Origin: the human T2T-CHM13v2.0 reference genome, Homo sapiens
Strand: one strand, 5' to 3'
NCBI RefSeq assembly: GCF_009914755.1
Contig: NC_060936.1
Length of the DNA stretch: 64,000 nt
Of this stretch, positions 59,106 to 64,000 are shown piece by piece. The notes below the pieces were generated by a model. The model was not told the origin of the DNA and searched no databases. It worked only from the letters and a program-made list of their open reading frames with translations. Numbering within the stretch: the first letter of the stretch is position 1; the number at the start of each line of letters is the position of its first letter. The translations under genes and the position numbers were made by a program.

Positions 59106-59614
59106 GCCACCCCCACTCCCAGCCCACCCCACCCACCATGGCCTCCCTCCAGCTTTTTCCCAAGCTTTATATGGGGAAGGGGATGGGGTTATATCTAGGT
59201 GCAAGGAGAACCCTCCCACCTGGGTGTATCCAGAAAGCCCGAGACCTGTCTGTGACCCTTGTTCCCATTTGAGACCAGTGCAGGAGCTTGTACCCCAAAT
59301 ATGCACACATGTGAGAGAGGAGGTACATCTCCAAGGGGCTTCCTACCCAATATGTACCTGGACCTACCCTACTCCCACCAAGTCATAGATGAGGCTGCCA
59401 TGTTCCCCCCAACAAGTGACCAAGCCCTTGGCCCTCTCCTCCCCCACTATACCCTCCCTCCCAGGCCCCCTACCAGCCTTGGTCTCCCGCCTGGTGCCAT
59501 TCACTGATTGGGGATGGCCCTTCCATTCCTCTTTTCTCTCTTGCAGCCCTAGGGGACCTCTTTCTCCTGGACATTGAAGATATGGCCCTTTGGAGGTGAC
59601 CCAGGAGAGAAGGG

Positions 59615-59752
59615 ATGAAGGCCTTTGGTCCTCCACATGAGGGCCCCCTCCAAGGACTCGTGGCCTCCCGCATTGAGACTTATGGGGGCCGGCATCGAGC
59701 CTCTGCTCAGAGCACTACTGGCAGACTCTATCCCCGAGGATACCCTGTGCTG
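59615..59752 (+). CDS. PLEKHG6: PLEKHG6 (MyoGEF) first canonical coding exon, CDS part (M1-L46); exon begins at acceptor 59546/59547
   Basis: Translates MKAFGPPHEGPLQGLVASRIETYGGRHRASAQSTTGRLYPRGYPVL, recognised as the PLEKHG6 N-terminus. Pyrimidine tract plus ttgcag acceptor ends at 59546; donor TG|gtgagt at 59753; 138 nt, phase 0. Confidence 0.96.
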
Positions 59753-60532
59753 GTGAGTCCAGGCTGTGCCCCAAAAGTGACCTGGTGGGGCAGGAGGGAA
59801 GACACCTAGGCTGTGGAGTCTCTGTCCCCTTACAGGTTCAGAGGTTGAGCTATTCCTGCCCCTTACCCTACTCTTCTTTCCTGGGTTGCGGGAAAGAGGA
59901 GGGCAGTGACAGGGCCAGGCTCCAGGGATATCACACCCCAGTCCCAGCAGCTGGGCAGGAGAGGCGGAGCCAGGAGAAGCCAGGCCCTCCGAGGAGTGCT
60001 GTTAGACAGGTCTCAGACAAAGAGCTGCGGGTAAGGTCATCAAACCCCAGAGCTGGCGCCTCCCAGGCTCCCGCCTCTGCTTGGCAGGAGTTTGAGGCCT
60101 TCCTGAGATCTGCCTCTCCCTGAGTCAGGATGAAGATGAGCAAAGGTTCAGGGTGTCCCTACTCCTCCAGTGGTGGGTAGGGACAGGAGGGTGCCTGCCT
60201 TGGCTCCACCCCTGGCTCCACCTGCCTGGCTCTCCTCCAGTCCTAACCAAGCAGAGGGGTGTGGAAGCCAGGTCTGTCCCTCAGCCTGCAGGTTTCCCCT
60301 CCACCTTGAGGACAGTTCTGCTTGTGGCTGGGACATCCCCTGCCTCAATGCACGATAATTTTGCCTTTGGAGATGGGACTTTCCTAGGCTGTGGGTGAGA
60401 AGGGAGACTAGAAAGTATGTGGGGTAATTCAGGCCACAGGCAAATGAAGGAATGTGACCAGGCCTGCCCTGGGAGGAGCTGTGTGGCTGTGGCCTCAGCC
60501 TTTCACACAGAAGGGCAGCCACTCCCAGCTGG

Positions 60533-60574
60533 ATGGGATGCAGGCTGCACGCCCCTGGGGAGAAGGCTGCACAT
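60533..60574 (+). CDS. PLEKHG6: Alternative first coding exon of PLEKHG6 (MGCRLHAPGEKAAH), recalled as the primate-specific isoform
   Basis: ATG at 60533, 14 codons, donor CAT|gtgagt at 60575. Phase 0, so it joins the exon at 61017 in frame. Peptide matches my recollection of the alternative N-terminus. Confidence 0.85.
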
Positions 60575-61016
60575 GTGAGTGCCCTCGTCCCCATGTGTGA
60601 GGGAGGCTGGTCATAGACAAGGAGAGTTACGAGAGACCAGAATGCTGTGTGCACCACGCCTTGTCCATGCACCCCCCATGGTACGGAGAGCAGGAGGCAG
60701 TGGGGGCACACACACCAGAGCCCAGGCATGTGTGTGCTGTGCACCTGCTCGGCAGGAGGCCCCACTTCTTCCCCAGGCCCACTCAGGGAGCCAGGCTGTC
60801 ATGCCTCTGCCCACTCAGCTTAGCCTTGCCGGCAGTGGCCGCTGTGACTCAGGGCAGGAGCAGTCCACACCAAACTGGTTTGCAGGGAGAAGTGAGCCAG
60901 CCCGACTTACCAGGGTGGGGGAACAACATCTAGAGCCAAGCCTGCCCCCCTACTACCTCTCTGGGGTTTCTGGGGAAAGGGAGGCACCCCCAGAACTTCC
61001 CCTGCTCCTCTCCCAG

Positions 61017-61172
61017 GATCCCAGTCGCCGACGCCTCCAGCAGTATGTCCCCTTTGCCAGGGGTTCTGGCCAGGCCCGAGGCCTGTCACCCATGAGACTG
61101 CGAGATCCAGAGCCCGAGAAGAGGCACGGGGGCCATGTGGGGGCTGGCCTGCTTCACTCCCCCAAACTCAAG
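61017..61172 (+). CDS. PLEKHG6: PLEKHG6 coding exon D47-K98
   Basis: tcccag|GAT ... AAG|gtaagg; 156 nt; DPSRRRLQQYVPFARGSG...HSPKLK. Confidence 0.95.
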
Positions 61173-61577
61173 GTAAGGGGGTCCCTCTCCTCCCATCCCC
61201 ACACATACGGCCCCAATTGTGATGGCTCCGCAGATGACCAGCAAGCTCCGGGAGCTGAGAACACAGGTCCAGGAGGCTGCTGCCTGCCAGTCAGACATGG
61301 CTCTGCCTAGGACCTCTCAGGGATATATCTCTCTTTGGTCCATGCATGGCAACCAGGGACTTTGACTTGAGACACTTTGATTAAATGTGGATAAACGATT
61401 GATATTGAGCTTTCAGTTTTTGAAAACTACCAAGTCAAATTACCAAGTTGCTGAGAGTCAGGTATGCTCTCTCTATCCTCAGTGCCACATCATCCTTCAC
61501 TGCCACTGTGAGCCTCACCTCTCCTCCCAAGCCACATCCAGATGGAGTGAGTGAGGGTCAGGAGTGTCTATTGCTCA

Positions 61578-61893
<316 letters not shown>

Positions 61894-62392
61894 TCAAAAG
61901 GAAAAAAAAAAGAAACCTGTAAAATGTAAGCCATGCTGCTTCATAAAAAATGCCATTTTATAGGCAAATGTCAAAGTGGTGCCTGAGACCACTGGTTCTC
62001 TAAGTCTTGTTCTGATTCACTTGAAGGTCCCTCTGAAGTGTCTGTTTCTGTCCCTCCCCCACCTCATTCTGATTCAGGAGACCCATGGAAGGCCTCTTTC
62101 CTGTCAGGGAGCCTAGATCAGACCCCTCTCCAGGGACCTTTCCACAGACCAGGGTGCCTCTTCACCCACATTCCAGCAATGCCTTTTTCCCTGGAATTCC
62201 AGCTGGGGCCGACCCCTGTTCTCTAGGCCTCCATGTCCCCACTCATACTCAGTGCTGCTTGCCATCTCCCATTCCAGACACAGACACACGCACACACTTT
62301 AACACACATGCACACACACACAGCCCTCCCGGGGCCCTGTGGCTGGGTGCCAAGGATGTGACCAGAGCTGATGCCCTTCTCGGCTCCCCCAG

Positions 62393-62557
62393 GAACTCAC
62401 CAAGGCCCATGAGCTGGAGGTGAGGCTGCACACTTTCAGCATGTTTGGGATGCCCCGGCTGCCCCCTGAGGACCGGCGGCACTGGGAGATAGGAGAGGGT
62501 GGCGACAGTGGCCTGACCATCGAGAAGTCCTGGAGGGAGCTGGTGCCTGGGCACAAG
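62393..62557 (+). CDS. PLEKHG6: PLEKHG6 coding exon E99-K153
   Basis: ccccag|GAA ... AAG|gtgagc; 165 nt; ELTKAHELEVRLHTFSMFGMPRLP...SWRELVPGHK. Confidence 0.94.
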
Positions 62558-62941
62558 GTGAGCCTGAAACTCACAAGGTGAGTCTGTCCCCACGGCGTGA
62601 ATGCACACACAGATTCTGCTCTAGAGGAGGGAAAGGCCTTGGGAAGTGGGGTCATGTGGAAAAAACATCTGGAAACGCGTTGATCTGGGTTCAGATCCCA
62701 GCTCTGCCACTTACTAGTCAGACCTTGGTCAAGACAGTAAAGTTCTCTGGGCCTCAGTTGCCACATATGTAAAGTGGGGATAATACCACCTACACATCGG
62801 AGCACTGGTTTGAGGATTAAAAGGTCATGGTCATGCACAAAGTGCCTAGAACCTATGAAGTGGATCCGGTCGCACTTAACAGCTGGTACTTGCCATTCTA
62901 ATTATCATTCCCCAACTGAACCAGCATTCTCCCCACCCCAG

Positions 62942-63037
62942 GAGATGAGCCAGGAGCTCTGCCACCAACAGGAGGCCCTGTGGGAGCTCCTGACCACCGA
63001 GCTGATCTACGTGAGAAAGCTCAAGATCATGACTGAT
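62942..63037 (+). CDS. PLEKHG6: PLEKHG6 coding exon E154-D185, start of the DH (RhoGEF) domain
   Basis: ccccag|GAG ... GAT|gtgagc; 96 nt; QQEALWELLTTELIYVRKLKIM is the conserved first helix of Dbl-homology domains. Confidence 0.96.
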
Positions 63038-63256
63038 GTGAGCCCCCCTCAGCCCCAGCCCCGGCCCCATCTTCCCTGCATGAGCCCCCATCCTCCCAGA
63101 CTGGAAGGCAGGTCACTGGGGGAGGGAGGGGCAGGATTTCAGGCCAGTCTGGGATGCAGGGAGATAGGTCAGCAGTACTGAAGTTGGTGGGGGGTGGGAG
63201 GTGACGACACTGAAGGGCTGCGCTGGGTCCTGAGACCCTCGTCTCCCTCCCTGCAG

Positions 63257-63307
63257 CTGCTAGCCGCCGGCCTGCTGAACCTGCAGCGAGTGGGACTGCT
63301 GATGGAA
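63257..63307 (+). CDS. PLEKHG6: PLEKHG6 coding exon L186-E202
   Basis: ctgcag|CTG ... GAA|gtgagt; 51 nt; LLAAGLLNLQRVGLLME. Confidence 0.94.
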
Positions 63308-63642
63308 GTGAGTGGGTGCTCAGGAGGGGACCCTGGCACAGCCCGACCTCTGAGCCTGGGGATGAGGGTGGGCCCTCCAGCCATCCCTGTCTGAATTCCC
63401 ACTGCCCCGTTTTTTGGGATGCCTTGCCCTCCCTACTTCCCTGTTACTGGGGACTCCAAGCAGGCCACAGGCCCCCCATTTCTCAGACTGACATCCTTGA
63501 GATCTTCCAGGCCCAGTGCCCAGTTCATCCTTCTTCACCCCCGCCCCTGCTGTCCAAGCTTAAGGTCCTCACCTTTCCTCAGCCAGTGCCACCCCTGGGG
63601 ACCTTCCAAAAGTGTGCTGCTCAGCTCTGCTCCCTCCTCCAG

Positions 63643-63792
63643 GTGTCAGCTGAGACCCTGTTTGGAAATGTCCCCAGCCTGATTCGAACCCACCGGAGCT
63701 TTTGGGATGAGGTGCTGGGGCCCACCCTGGAGGAGACTCGGGCCTCGGGCCAGCCTCTGGACCCCATTGGTCTGCAAAGTGGCTTCCTGACG
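63643..63792 (+). CDS. PLEKHG6: PLEKHG6 coding exon V203-T252 (DH domain); gene continues past the window
   Basis: ctccag|GTG ... ACG|gtgagg; 150 nt; VSAETLFGNVPSLIRTHRSFW carries the DH 'LFGN' motif. Confidence 0.95.
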
Positions 63793-64000
63793 GTGAGGCC
63801 TGTGAAGGGCTGTGTCTGGATGGGGCAGGACTCGGAGCCCTCGGGGGTCCTGTGTGTAGGGCATGCCCACAGTATGCAAATCTCTGTGATTTGAGGGGCC
63901 GCAGGACACAGCCCCTACCCCTAATATCACCTCACCTCCTCCCTTCATGCCACAAGTCTGACCTCTGTGCCACAGGCTCCTTGTTCTTCTGGAGGCCTTT

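Noticed and set aside
63316-63894. 192-aa ORF as one large exon
   Set aside because: Only 63643-63792 has splice signals and DH-domain sequence; the preceding 335-nt intron is out of frame with the upstream exon.

Overview
Human (or very close primate) genomic DNA, about a quarter Alu (roughly 65 Alu elements or fragments by eye). The right end holds the CpG-island promoter and first six canonical coding exons of the RhoGEF gene PLEKHG6 on the + strand. It also holds the alternative coding exon MGCRLHAPGEKAAH, which I recall as the primate-specific isoform. From recall this places the window at 12p13.31, between CD9 and PLEKHG6. The upstream ~57 kb contains: an ATP5MF retrocopy with an intact 88-codon ORF; a full-length Tigger1 carrying a nested MADE1 fragment and an AluY; solo LTRs with target-site duplications (TSDs); an old L1 hosting a ~1.6 kb CpG-rich 27/28-bp minisatellite with higher-order structure; and an orphan CpG island at ~24.1-24.7 kb. 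The most interesting unexplained signal is an apparent decayed gene. It has a splice acceptor at 31129 and ATGs, followed by one stop-poor reading frame with two N-terminal hydrophobic segments. That frame stays in register once an Alu insertion is removed, and protein-like sequence resumes beyond the L1. The orphan island, with a splice donor at 24450, may be its promoter. I cannot identify the protein family. Repeat family names are by recognition only, not from a database search.
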